DNA of 64,000 nucleotides from Desulfovibrio sp. (GTDB lineage Bacteria; Desulfobacterota; Desulfovibrionia; Desulfovibrionales; Desulfovibrionaceae): assembly GCA_031272715.1 (NCBI GenBank), contig JAISTH010000079.1, positions 2,805 to 66,804 of the forward strand, given 5' to 3'. The notes under the pieces were generated by a model, which worked only from the letters and a program-made list of their open reading frames with translations, was not told where the DNA came from and searched no databases. How positions within the stretch are numbered: the stretch's first letter is position 1; every line of letters begins with the position of its first letter. Below, in pieces: positions 17,352 to 27,229 of this stretch. The translations under genes and the position numbers were made by a program.

Positions 17352-19700
17352 TCATGCGGGGCTTTCGGCACGCTCCCGGGCCTTGTCCGCCTCCTTCTCC
17401 TTTCCCAGGGCCTTCAGCGCCTTGGCCAGCATCATCCACCCTTCCGGACGATCCCAAAGCGAGAGGCTCCTGCGGGCGAGAATCTCCACGATGGACGGAT
17501 CCTCGCCCCCCTCGAGATACCGCTCCGCAAGCATGAGCATGGCGACGGGATCCTGGGGATTGCGACGCAGCGCCTCGTGGAGCAGTTCCCGCGCCTCCTC
17601 CCCTCCGCGACGGCTCACGGCGAGCCTCGCCAGCAAACGGGCGCCGATCCCGGCATGCGCCGGATAGGAGCCTTCCAGCTCGGAGGCCTTCTCGTAATGC
17701 TCCCGGGCCTTGTTCCTCCTGCCACTGCGCTCGTGAAGCTGCCCGAGCCGGACGTGGGCGAAGAGATGCCCGGGTGACGCCGCGAGACACGCGCGATAGT
17801 GGTTGAAGGCCGCGCGCACGTGCCCGATGCGCTGGCAGACGGTCCCTAGGTTGTACTGCACCTGCCCCGCCAGCGTCGCATCCGCGCAGGCGAGCGCCTT
17901 GAGAAAGTGCCGCTTCGCCTCCGTGTGCTTCCCCAGCACCGCCATGCAGATCCCGAGGGAGTTCCAGGCCATGGCGTTGCGGTCGTCCGCCAGCAATGCG
18001 AGCTTGTACTCGTCGATGGCCCCGAGGACGTCCCCCTGGCTGTAGAGACGGTCGGCATGGATGTTGATGGCCAGGGAATCGAAGGGCGCAACCCTGGTGC
18101 CCTCCAGCAGCATGGCGCATTCCAGCGCCTTCACGACGCACTCCCGCATCTCGTCCCTGGTGAGGTGCAGGAAGGGGAAACCGGCAAGGCCAATGGCGCA
18201 GCCCAGGCCTGCCTCCTCGAGATCCCCGTGGAGCGCCCGGTAGACGGGCAGCAGCCGCGAAACGTCGGTCTCCGGATGGAAGAAGGCCAAACCGTTGCTC
18301 CCGTACTCCCCGACCAGCGTCCCGGCCGTCGAAGGCATGCGGCGCATCCACGCGGGCATCGCGTCAACGTGCCTGCCGGCCTCGTCCATGCGCACCACTG
18401 CGAGGACGAAGGCGCGGCACCGGCCCTGCTCTTCCGCGACCCGCCTGAAGAACGAGCCGAGGCTGAGACGCTCGGGGCTCCCCTCCTCGCCCTCGGCCCC
18501 TTGCACCGATGCGTCGGCTCCATCCTTCCCATCCTGAGCGGCCTTCTCTCCCGCGGCGTCCCAGTCGCCTTCCAGCAGCACGAGACCGTCCCCCTGGGCG
18601 GGAAGTCTCGCGGGATCTGCCACGTGCATGAGCTCCGCGAGGGATTCCCGGTCCCGCACCTCGATGACGAAGAGTTCCGCGATGTCCCCGTCCTCGTCGT
18701 CCTGCACCGCGAACCGCTGCCCTTCCCGGGCCCCTGTCTGGCGGCCGAGGGAAATCACGTAGCGGCCCGGGGCCTCGCGGAACAGCACCCTGCCTCCCTC
18801 CCGCACGATGTGGGCATAGGCCATGACGGGCCTCGCCCCCCCGAGTTCCGCCGTCCGCGAGGCGACGTCGGCGGCGAGCCGGGCCCTGGACATGAACCTG
18901 CGGGACTGCTCGTACATGGACAGCGCCATGGACGAGCCGTGCAGATCCTGGGGATAGACGGCATGGCCGGCGCACAGGCTCAGAGGGATGTGCGCCGCCG
19001 ACTGCCCCACGAGAAGCACCTTCGACATCGCCTTGAGGATCTCGCCGGCCAGTTCATGGCAGGCCATCCTCCCCCCGGCGGGCAGCAGCAGGGCGAACTC
19101 GTCCGGCCCGGATCTCGCCGCCGTCACGTCCGACGGCAGGACGCTCCGCGCCGCCGCCGCAAGTTCGCGCAGGGCCGCATCGTGGAAGCCGAAGCCCTCC
19201 CGCAGCAGTTGGTCCGCATTGACGATGCGCACGACCACCAACCCCATGAACAGTTCCGGGAAGGAGGACATCGGCCGGGCCGGCCCCTCGGGGGTCTCAA
19301 GAAAATCCCGCACGCCCGCCGCCGCCGCCTCGATCTCGGCATACAGCGTCGGCTCCGTGAACAGCCCCGTGATGGGGTCGGTCCGCATCGCCTTGGCATA
19401 GGCCAGCTTCTCGAGGCACAGCTTCGCCATGCCGGGCAGCAGGGAACGCAGAGGGGTCAGTTCCCGGGTTCGCACGCCGTTCGCCATGAACACGCCGAGC
19501 TGCGAGTTCCGCCACTGCAGCGGAAGCAGCAGACGCCGCTCCCGAGGAAGCAGCACCGGGCCGTCGGGGGCGTTGGCGGTGGGGAAGTACAGAGCGTGCC
19601 CCGTGAAGGAGAAGCAGTTGGAAAGGCTTTCGCACAGCAGCCCTTCCATCTCGAGAAGGTCGTTGCGGGTAAGGTCGACGGTCAACCGCGTGTCGGGCAT
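17352..19700 (-). CDS. Degenerate GGDEF-domain / TPR-repeat protein
   Basis: TDPITGL...ARSGPDEFALL (GPDEF), a second degenerate GGDEF-like segment, and C-terminal TPRs (AWNSLG, YNLG, HVRLG). Confidence 0.75.
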   Translation of the reverse strand: MPDTRLTVDLTRNDLLEMEGLLCESLSNCFSFTGHALYFPTANAPDGPVLLPRERRLLLPLQWRNSQLGVFMANGVRTRELTPLRSLLPGMAKLCLEKLAYAKAMRTDPITGLFTEPTLYAEIEAAAAGVRDFLETPEGPARPMSSFPELFMGLVVVRIVNADQLLREGFGFHDAALRELAAAARSVLPSDVTAARSGPDEFALLLPAGGRMACHELAGEILKAMSKVLLVGQSAAHIPLSLCAGHAVYPQDLHGSSMALSMYEQSRRFMSRARLAADVASRTAELGGARPVMAYAHIVREGGRVLFREAPGRYVISLGRQTGAREGQRFAVQDDEDGDIAELFVIEVRDRESLAELMHVADPARLPAQGDGLVLLEGDWDAAGEKAAQDGKDGADASVQGAEGEEGSPERLSLGSFFRRVAEEQGRCRAFVLAVVRMDEAGRHVDAMPAWMRRMPSTAGTLVGEYGSNGLAFFHPETDVSRLLPVYRALHGDLEEAGLGCAIGLAGFPFLHLTRDEMRECVVKALECAMLLEGTRVAPFDSLAINIHADRLYSQGDVLGAIDEYKLALLADDRNAMAWNSLGICMAVLGKHTEAKRHFLKALACADATLAGQVQYNLGTVCQRIGHVRAAFNHYRACLAASPGHLFAHVRLGQLHERSGRRNKAREHYEKASELEGSYPAHAGIGARLLARLAVSRRGGEEARELLHEALRRNPQDPVAMLMLAERYLEGGEDPSIVEILARRSLSLWDRPEGWMMLAKALKALGKEKEADKARERAESPA

Positions 19701-19882
19701 GCATCCTCCGGCGCCGAAGGCCGCCGCTTCACCGCCGGGGCCTCATGTGGTAGGATTCCAACCGTCCGAAGACGTCCCCGTGGGACGACGGGCGATTGTC
19801 ACCGGAGTGTAGAAAACACGCCCGAAATTGTCCAGAAGCCGCTTGGGCGGCGCTTCCATACAGACATCACGAAGGACAGAAC

Positions 19883-20512
19883 ATGCCAGTCGAGACTTTC
19901 CCGCTGGGGCCGCTTGAAACCAACAGCTATCTTCTCCACGACGCCGGCAATGCCATCGCCGTGGACGTGGGCGGCAAGCCCGCCCCCATGCTCGATTTCC
20001 TCGCCAGGAACAAGCTCGTCCTGACGGCCGTGTGCATCACCCACCGCCATTTCGATCACGTCTACGGCGTCGCGGAACTCGCCAAGGCGACGGAGGCGCC
20101 GGTATACGTCCCTGCCAAGGACGACTGCCTAGGGGAGACGGAGTCGGGCAGGGGCGGCATCTGGGGCTTCCCGCTGGTGACGCCCTTCAAGTCCCTCCCC
20201 ATGCCCCTGGGGGCCGCGACCATCGGCGGATTCCCCTGCGAGGTCCTCGATACCCCGGGACACACACCCGGCGGGGTGACCCTCTACTTCCCCGACAAGG
20301 GTCTCGCCTTCACCGGGGATGCGCTGTTCTACAGATCCATCGGCCGGACGGACTTCCCCGGCGGCGACCATGCGACGCTCCTGCGCGCCATCCGCGAGGT
20401 CCTGTTCAAACTGCCCGACGACACCTTGATCTATCCCGGCCACGGCCCGGAGACCACCATAGGCGACGAGCGCAAGAACAACGCCTTCTGCGGCGACTTC
20501 GCCGGCAGGTGA
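19883..20512 (+). CDS. MBL-fold metallo-hydrolase (glyoxalase II-like)
   Basis: THRHFDH, TPGHTPG, FTGD, GRTD and PGHG. Confidence 0.9.
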   Translation: MPVETFPLGPLETNSYLLHDAGNAIAVDVGGKPAPMLDFLARNKLVLTAVCITHRHFDHVYGVAELAKATEAPVYVPAKDDCLGETESGRGGIWGFPLVTPFKSLPMPLGAATIGGFPCEVLDTPGHTPGGVTLYFPDKGLAFTGDALFYRSIGRTDFPGGDHATLLRAIREVLFKLPDDTLIYPGHGPETTIGDERKNNAFCGDFAGR

Positions 20513-21105
20513 ACGAGCCGCCCCTCATCCTGCTGGGCAGCCCCAGGGCCCAGGGCGCAGGGGACGCCATCGGAGGGCTCCTCGCCGAAGGCCTTGCCCA
20601 GGCGGGCATCGTTCCGAGGACCGTCGCGGTCAGGGATCACGCCATCCTCCCCTGCCAGGGGTGTCTCGCCTGCGCGTCCCCGCCCCACGCATGCCCGCTT
20701 GGGGAACGGCCGGACGACGACGCCGAGGGGCTCTTCTCCCTGCTCCTCCAGGCTCCGCTGATCCTTCTGGTGGCCCCGGTCTATTTCTACGCCCTGCCTG
20801 CGCATTTCAAGGCGCTCGTGGACAGGGCCCAGCGCTTCTGGGCCGCCGGAGGCGGCAACCGCCCCCCGAAGCGGCCCGCCCTCGTGACGCTGACCGCCGG
20901 GAGCGCCAACGGGGAGCATATCTTCGAAGGGACGCTGCTCAGCCTCAAGTACTTCCTTCTCCAGATCGGCGTCGAGATCCGGGAAGTCCGCCGTCTGCGC
21001 GGTGTCCAAGGGCCAGGAAGCATCCTCGGCGATGCCGGGGCATGCGACGACCTGCGATCCTGGGGCCGCGCGTGGGGCGAAAGGTGCGCCCCCGCCTTGG
21101 CCTGA
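20509..21105 (+). CDS. Flavodoxin-family / iron-sulfur flavoprotein (NADPH-dependent FMN reductase family)
   Basis: GTG overlaps the upstream stop; GSPR, CQGCLAC...C, PVYF and KALVDR. Confidence 0.82.
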   Translation: MNEPPLILLGSPRAQGAGDAIGGLLAEGLAQAGIVPRTVAVRDHAILPCQGCLACASPPHACPLGERPDDDAEGLFSLLLQAPLILLVAPVYFYALPAHFKALVDRAQRFWAAGGGNRPPKRPALVTLTAGSANGEHIFEGTLLSLKYFLLQIGVEIREVRRLRGVQGPGSILGDAGACDDLRSWGRAWGERCAPALA

Positions 21106-21274
21106 TGCGCCCGCGGCTCCCCCGGATGCCGGACGGAAGGGGATGCCGAACGGGAGATTTCTGTTGCGTGGCGCCGCGGTTCTGCTAAGTTCCGTCCGCT
21201 CTAAAAAGTCCCGGAAATGTCGACGCCCTCACGCCGCATTGCCGCGCCAAGTCCGTTCCGAGGAGCCCACCCCG

Positions 21275-22258
21275 ATGCCCACCGCCTGCGTCCTCTTGCG
21301 CCAGGTTCCGCCGTTCGCCCTCGTCCTGCTGCTTCTCTTCGCCGCACCGGCACACGCCGACACCAAAGTCACGCTGCTCGTCCCGAGCTGGGCCAACATC
21401 GAGGCACCGCCGCCGGCGCCGACCGACGCGAAGGCGCCGACCGACGCGAAGGCGCCCCCTCCCGCCCCGGCGCCCAACGGAACGACGGCGGCGTCCCCTC
21501 CCCCGGCGCGGCCCGAAGGGAACGGCGAGCCCGCCATCGCCGCCCCCGACATCGGGGAGGAGGTGGACGTCCTCATAACCATGATGCATCCCTTCAGGTA
21601 CGAGGGACTCGTCATCGACATGCCCCAACTCTTCGCGGTGTTGCGCTACGACGACAAGACGCCCGCCAAGGACGGCGTCCTGCATCCGGAACGCAAGGAT
21701 CTGCTGGGGGACGTGGAGGAGATCCGCTACCTCGACAAGAAGGCCTGGGGGGCGAACGTCGGCCTGTCGCGGCCCGGGCTCTACCATTTCCTCATCGAGG
21801 CCCGCCCGTGGTGGGATGCGTCCCGCGACTGCTACATCCAGCACTCCGTCAAGACGATGCTCCCCGTGTACGGGGTAGAGCGGGGCTGGGACAGTCCCGC
21901 CGGACAGCATTTCGAGGTGCTGCCCCTGACCCGGCCCTTCGGGCTGCTGTCCCCGGCGCTCTTCTCCGGGAAGGTCATGCTCAACGGCGCCCCCCTTCCC
22001 CACGCCACCGTCAGGATGAGCCGCCTCAACATGGACAGGACTGCGGTGCCGACCCCTTGGAACGAGGAACTCGCCGCCGCGTCGGACAGCAACGGCACGT
22101 TCTCCTTCGTGCTCAACCAGCCGGGTTGGTGGTGCTGCATCGCCCTGACCCAGGGGGAACCCCTGAAGGGGCCCGACGGGGAGATGCGGCCGCTGGAGAT
22201 CGGGGCGCTCGTCTGGCTGTACGTGGACGCCCCCATGACGGAGGCGAAGAAGAAGTAG
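21275..22258 (+). CDS. DUF4198-family periplasmic protein (putative Co/Ni uptake associated)
   Basis: Signal peptide ..AAPAHA; HPF, PWW, LPLTRPFGL, G.VMLNGAP, D.NG.FSF...GWW and E.GALVW. Confidence 0.72.
   Translation: MPTACVLLRQVPPFALVLLLLFAAPAHADTKVTLLVPSWANIEAPPPAPTDAKAPTDAKAPPPAPAPNGTTAASPPPARPEGNGEPAIAAPDIGEEVDVLITMMHPFRYEGLVIDMPQLFAVLRYDDKTPAKDGVLHPERKDLLGDVEEIRYLDKKAWGANVGLSRPGLYHFLIEARPWWDASRDCYIQHSVKTMLPVYGVERGWDSPAGQHFEVLPLTRPFGLLSPALFSGKVMLNGAPLPHATVRMSRLNMDRTAVPTPWNEELAAASDSNGTFSFVLNQPGWWCCIALTQGEPLKGPDGEMRPLEIGALVWLYVDAPMTEAKKK
21415..21456 (+). repeat. 18-bp in-frame tandem repeat (~2.3 copies, APTDAK)
   Basis: GGCGCCGACCGACGCGAA x2 plus GGCGCC. Confidence 0.85.
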
Positions 22259-22465
22259 GAGGGGAGTCCGCAGGCACATCGCACTCCCGTCCCCTTGCGC
22301 TGTCCAGACACTGCGGACCTGCGGTTCCTACGGATTTGTCGTTTTTTTCCTGCAGTCTCGCCGCCCCCCATCCCGGATTCACGCGCCCCCAGAAAACGCA
22401 GGCGCCAGGGCCGGGAACGCGCAATTCCCCGACCCCGGCGCCGTTCTTCGGCAACGGATCCTTCC

Positions 22466-23971
22466 CTAGGCGCAGGTGGCCTTCATGCGCTCGGCGTGGC
22501 TCATGCCGGCAAGCTTCTCCACCTTGCCAAGGTCCAGGCCGAGTCCCTTGGCGATCCTCTCCCCGTAGGCCTTGTCGGCCAGATAGCAGTGGGCCGCGTG
22601 CCGGTACTTCACGTTGTCCGTCACGGGGGAGATGTTCCGGACGGTGTTCTCGATCAGCAGCTGCCGCTTGTCCTCGGTCATCAGCCTGAAGAGGTCCCCC
22701 GCCTGGTAGAAGCAGTCGTCGGTGGGGTCGTCCTTGGGCTCATGGCTGCCGATGGAACCCTGGACGTCCAGGGGCGGCTCGGCGAGTTCGTGATGGTCCG
22801 CCCACTGGCCGTAGCTGTTGGGGACGTATGCCGTCGTCCCGCCGTAGTTGCCGTCCACGCGCATCTGCCCGTCCCTGTGGTAGGCGTGGAAGGGACACTT
22901 CGGGGCGTTGACGGGGATGGCGTGATGGTTGACTCCCAGACGGTAGCGCTGGGCGTCCCCGTAGGCGAAGAGGCGCCCCTGGAGCATCTTGTCCGGGGAG
23001 AGCCCGAGGCCGGGGACGATGTTCGCCGGGTTGAAGGCGGACTGCTCGACCTCCGCGAAGTAGTTCTCGGGATTGCGGTTCAACTCCAGCGTCCCGACCT
23101 GGATCAAGGGATATTCCTTATGGCTCCAGACCTTCGTGAGGTCGAAGGGATTCTCCTTGTGGCTCTTCGCCTGCTCTTCGGTCATGACCTGGATGAAGAA
23201 GGTCCACTTGGGGAAGTCCTTCCGCTCGATGGCCTCGAAGAGATCCCGCTGATGGGACTCCCGGTCCTTCGCGACGACGGCCTCGGCCTCGGCGTCGGAG
23301 AGGTTCTCGATCCCCTGGCAGGTGTGCAGGTGGTACTTGACCCAGACCCGCCTGTTCCGGGCGTCGAACATGCTGAAGGTGTGGCTCCCGAACCCGTGCA
23401 TGTGCCGGTAGGTCCTGGGGATGCCCCTGTCCGACATGACGATGGTCACCTGGTGCAGGGCCTCGGGGAGCATCGACCAGAAATCCCAGTTGTTCTGCGC
23501 CGAGCGCATGTTGGTCTTGGGATCCCTCTTGACGGCGTGGTTGAGGTCCGGGAAGCGCAGGGGGTCGCGCAGGAAGAACACGGGGGTGTTGTTCCCCACC
23601 AGGTCCCAGTTCCCCTCTTCGGTGTAGAACTTGATGGCGAAGCCGCGGATGTCACGCTCGGCGTCGGCGGCGCCCCGCTCGCCGGCCACCGTGGAGAAGC
23701 GCACGAAGACGTCCGTCTTCTTGCCGACCTTCTCGAAGAGCCTGGCCCGGGTGTACTTCGTGATGTCGTGGGTGACGGTGAAGGTGCCGTAGGCGCCGGA
23801 ACCCTTGGCGTGCATGCGCCGCTCGGGGATCACTTCCCGGTCGAAGTGGGCGAGCTTCTCGAGGAACCAGAGGTTCTCGAGCATCATCCCGCCGCGGGGG
23901 CCGGCGGTCACGGAATTGATGTTGTCGACGACCGGGGCTCCCGCCGCTGTCGTCAGCGATTTTTCCGACAT
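22466..23971 (-). CDS. katA: Monofunctional heme catalase (small subunit)
   Basis: [30 protein letters not shown] and [12 protein letters not shown]; RBS AGGAGG before ATG 23971. Confidence 0.96.
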   Translation of the reverse strand: MSEKSLTTAAGAPVVDNINSVTAGPRGGMMLENLWFLEKLAHFDREVIPERRMHAKGSGAYGTFTVTHDITKYTRARLFEKVGKKTDVFVRFSTVAGERGAADAERDIRGFAIKFYTEEGNWDLVGNNTPVFFLRDPLRFPDLNHAVKRDPKTNMRSAQNNWDFWSMLPEALHQVTIVMSDRGIPRTYRHMHGFGSHTFSMFDARNRRVWVKYHLHTCQGIENLSDAEAEAVVAKDRESHQRDLFEAIERKDFPKWTFFIQVMTEEQAKSHKENPFDLTKVWSHKEYPLIQVGTLELNRNPENYFAEVEQSAFNPANIVPGLGLSPDKMLQGRLFAYGDAQRYRLGVNHHAIPVNAPKCPFHAYHRDGQMRVDGNYGGTTAYVPNSYGQWADHHELAEPPLDVQGSIGSHEPKDDPTDDCFYQAGDLFRLMTEDKRQLLIENTVRNISPVTDNVKYRHAAHCYLADKAYGERIAKGLGLDLGKVEKLAGMSHAERMKATCA

Positions 23972-24131
23972 TCTGCGAACCCTCCTGGATGGTTGTGCTC
24001 TTGGCCCGGGGGGATGGCATGAGGATGGCATGGCCGTGAACGCGCGATTGGAGCTTTGCGGCCTCGATGCGCACAAGGGTGCCGCTTCGAGGCCCATCTC
24101 CGGGCGGTGCGCCGAACCATGCAGGCAATTA

Positions 24132-24150
24132 ATCAGGAATGATTATCGAT
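24132..24150. promoter_or_regulatory. Putative PerR/Fur-family box upstream of catalase
   Basis: AT-rich 9-1-9 imperfect dyad ATCAGGAAT-G-ATTATCGAT in otherwise GC-rich DNA, ~160 bp upstream of katA. Confidence 0.5.
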
Positions 24151-24266
24151 AAGTTTTTTGCCAGCCCCTGTAAAGCTTTTTTTCGAGCCGGCCTGGCCGG
24201 GGAAAGCGAGGGGAGATGGCGGGGCTTCGCGGGCCAGGCCCGTTCGGCGATCCGGAGGAGGGGATT

Positions 24267-25316
24267 TCAGTATCTGGGCGTGGTGGGGATGCCGTCCGCG
24301 AGTCTGTCCTGGATGGCCATAAAGGCGTCCACCACCGGGGCGTCGAACTGCGTGCCCCTGCCTTTCCTGATGATGGAACTGGCCCTCTCGTGGCCCAATC
24401 CCTTCCGGTACACCCGGTCGCTGGTCAGTGCGTCGTAGACGTCGGCGACGGCCATGATGCGTCCCGACAGGGGGATCGCGTTCCCCACGAGGCCATCGGG
24501 ATAGCCCTTGCCATCCACGCGCTCATGGTGGGTCCCGGCGATGATGCGGGCGTATTCCAGGTAGTGCTGGCTCGGCAGGCTCACGTAGAGATCGCTCAGT
24601 ATCTCCGCCCCGACCCGGGCATGGGTCTTCATCACGGCATACTCGTCGCCGGTGAGCTTGCCGGGCTTCAGAAGGACGCTGTCGCTGATGGCGATCTTCC
24701 CGATGTCGTGCAGGGGGGCCGCACGGGCTATCATCTCGAGGCTCACGGGATTGAGCTCGTCCTGGAAGAGCCCCGAACGCATCAGGCGGTCCCCGAGCAT
24801 CTGCACCAGCGCCCCCGTCCGCTGCACATGCCCCCAGGTGTCGCCGTCACGCCATTCGATCAGCTCCGCGCAGCCCAGCGCGAGGCTGTCGGCCATCTCC
24901 ATGACGCTCCTCTCCAGCGTGGCGCGGCCTTCGGCGTCCTTCAGATGCAGGGCTATCCTGTGCAACAGGATGTCCCTGTCCACGGGCTTCACGATGAAGT
25001 CGGCGGCGCCCATCGCCAGACAGGCGATCTCCGTCTCCGGGTCGTGGCTCGCCGTGAGGAAGATGACGGGGATATGGCTGAGGTAGGGAATCCGGCTCAG
25101 CCGCTCCATGGTCTCGAAACCGTCCATGTCCGGCATCATCACGTCGAGCAGCACCAGGTCCGGGATCGTCCGCGCGCAGATGCGTATGGCCGTGGCGCCG
25201 GACTTGGCAGGCACCACGGCATACTCTCCGGCAAGGATCGTGCCCATCTGCCGCAGCATCGCGGGATTGTCGTCGACGACGAGTATCCGCTTCCTGGATT
25301 CCGCCGAGTCGCTCAC
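24267..25316 (-). CDS. Response regulator with HD-GYP phosphodiesterase domain (RpfG-like)
   Basis: REC domain (ILVVDD, LLDVMMP, FLTA, KP) plus HDIGK, HHERVDGKGYP, ADVYDAL..RVYRK and FDA. GTG start overlaps the upstream TGA. Confidence 0.9.
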   Translation of the reverse strand: MSDSAESRKRILVVDDNPAMLRQMGTILAGEYAVVPAKSGATAIRICARTIPDLVLLDVMMPDMDGFETMERLSRIPYLSHIPVIFLTASHDPETEIACLAMGAADFIVKPVDRDILLHRIALHLKDAEGRATLERSVMEMADSLALGCAELIEWRDGDTWGHVQRTGALVQMLGDRLMRSGLFQDELNPVSLEMIARAAPLHDIGKIAISDSVLLKPGKLTGDEYAVMKTHARVGAEILSDLYVSLPSQHYLEYARIIAGTHHERVDGKGYPDGLVGNAIPLSGRIMAVADVYDALTSDRVYRKGLGHERASSIIRKGRGTQFDAPVVDAFMAIQDRLADGIPTTPRY

Positions 25317-26422
25317 ATCGCCCCCTCGAGGGATCCCGGCCCTCTCTCCCTCAACAGGACGTCGACGAACGGCTCGACATCGGCGATGAAGACGTCGGCT
25401 ATCAGGGGATCGAACAGGGTTCCCCTGTTGTCCCCGACGAATTCCCGGGCCACGCGGACGAGCGCCGACTTGACCGAGGAACCGCCCAGCAGCGCGACCT
25501 CCTCCCCGGCCGCGCGGATGAACGCCGCTCTGTCGGAGCCCCTCGCGATCCCCTCGTCGAAACGTTCGGCCAGGGCGAGCATGCGGCATCCCAGAGGAAT
25601 GTCCTCCCCGGCAAGCCCTGCGGGATAGCCCTTGCCGTCGTAGCGCTCGTGATGGCCTTCCGCCAGCTGCGCCGCACGGTTGAAGAACTCCTTGGTGGCC
25701 ACGGGGCTGCGGTCCCTGATGCCGCGGAGTATCTTGGCGCCGATGACCGGATGCCTGCGCAGGACCTCCTCCTCCTCCGCTGTCAGCGTGGCGCCTTTCT
25801 GAAGGACGGCGTCGCTGATGGCGATCTTGCCGATGTCGTGGAAAGGGGAGGCGCGGACGATGAGGCCCAGTTCGTCCTCGGGAAGGAGTTCGGCCTGCGG
25901 CCCCTCCTGCAGCCGTCGCCCCAGCATTCCGAGGAACAGGGCGACGCGTTCGACGTGGCCGGTGGCGAGCCTGTTCCTGTACTCGGTGAGATGGGCGAAG
26001 GAGAGGGCCATCCGTCGCTCCATGTCGGCGATCATGTGCTTCAGGCCGGTCTCGTAGTCCGCCAGGCGCAGGTGGGTCTTCAGCCTGTGGAGAAGCACCC
26101 CCCGGTTCACGGGCTTGGTGATGAAGTCCTTTGCCCCCAGACGCAAGGCCTGAAGCTCGGACTCGCGGTCCTGATTCCCGGTGAGGAAGATGACCGGGAC
26201 GTCCGTGCGCTGCGGATCCGCCTTCAGCCGTCTGAAGGTCTCGAATCCGTCGAGCCCGGGCATCTCGATGTCCAGGAGGACGAGGTCGGGCGCCTGCCGG
26301 CCAGCGATGGACAGGGCCATCTCCCCGGACTTGGCCAGCATCACGTCGTAGCCGTCTCGAAGGAAATGCCCGATCTGCTTGAGCGTCGCGAGGTTGTCAT
26401 CGACGACCAGAACTCGATCCAT
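25313..26422 (-). CDS. Response regulator with partly degenerate HD-GYP domain
   Basis: REC domain (VLVVDD, LLDIEMP, FLTG, KP) plus HDIGK and HHERYDGKGYP, but AERFDEG replaces ADxYDAL and there is no RxY motif. Confidence 0.88.
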   Translation of the reverse strand: MDRVLVVDDNLATLKQIGHFLRDGYDVMLAKSGEMALSIAGRQAPDLVLLDIEMPGLDGFETFRRLKADPQRTDVPVIFLTGNQDRESELQALRLGAKDFITKPVNRGVLLHRLKTHLRLADYETGLKHMIADMERRMALSFAHLTEYRNRLATGHVERVALFLGMLGRRLQEGPQAELLPEDELGLIVRASPFHDIGKIAISDAVLQKGATLTAEEEEVLRRHPVIGAKILRGIRDRSPVATKEFFNRAAQLAEGHHERYDGKGYPAGLAGEDIPLGCRMLALAERFDEGIARGSDRAAFIRAAGEEVALLGGSSVKSALVRVAREFVGDNRGTLFDPLIADVFIADVEPFVDVLLRERGPGSLEGAM

Positions 26423-27229
26423 CGGCCCAAGAGCCTCCTCTGCCCCCTGTCGGAAGGACGCATCAAGGCATGCGTCCTTCCGCACTATGCCACACGGGGC
26501 CGCCAAAGCAAGCCGATGCATGGGAAAAGCGCAGGACCGTAGGACAGACCGCCCCCATGGCCGTTTTTGCCAACTCCTGCGTGAACCGCCGGACACGAAG
26601 ACGGAGAGGGCTGATCCGTCTGCGGGAAGCGTGGACGGGGCCCGTGTGCGCAAGGGGACGCAAGACGGCGCGGTTCCACCTGCCAAGCTTGCAAAAAAAC
26701 GCCGTTGTGCAAAATTTGGCTGTCCGCCGTCCTGTAGGGGCGTAGGGTGTCTGGAACGGCGATGGCCCGCGTCGATCCAGAAGACCACGGCCCAAGGATC
26801 CGCATGACTGGGAAACGGCCCGAGCGGTTCGAAAGCGGCGGGATCGGGAGGCCACCGTCCACCATGGCATCGGGGGACGGCGACGGTTCCGACGCTGTCC
26901 CGGGGAGGGACGTCGAAGACACGGACGATGTCTCCGACGCCGATCCCGCTTCCCGGCACCCGCCGCAAAACGCCCTGCAGGCATAGACAGAGCGATCCCC
27001 ATTCCGTGAGGGGCGGGGCAGGCTTGGATCCGCAACGTGGAGACGGGTTGGCCCATAGGGTGCTACAGGGTGGCCGTCTTGACGAATCCGGGGGAGGATT
27101 CGGGGATCAGGCCGGTCCGCTGTTGCAGGGGGCACCATCTATGGCGCGATGTCGGTTGTTCAAAGGTTTAGATCGTGCGGATGGGCGGTCTTGTTGGCAA
27201 TGTCCCGTTTTTCTGGGAAGGGACAGAAT

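Noticed and set aside
26423-27229. c-di-GMP riboswitch upstream of the HD-GYP genes
   Set aside because: No recognisable GEMM core in the right orientation by eye; an Infernal scan would be needed.
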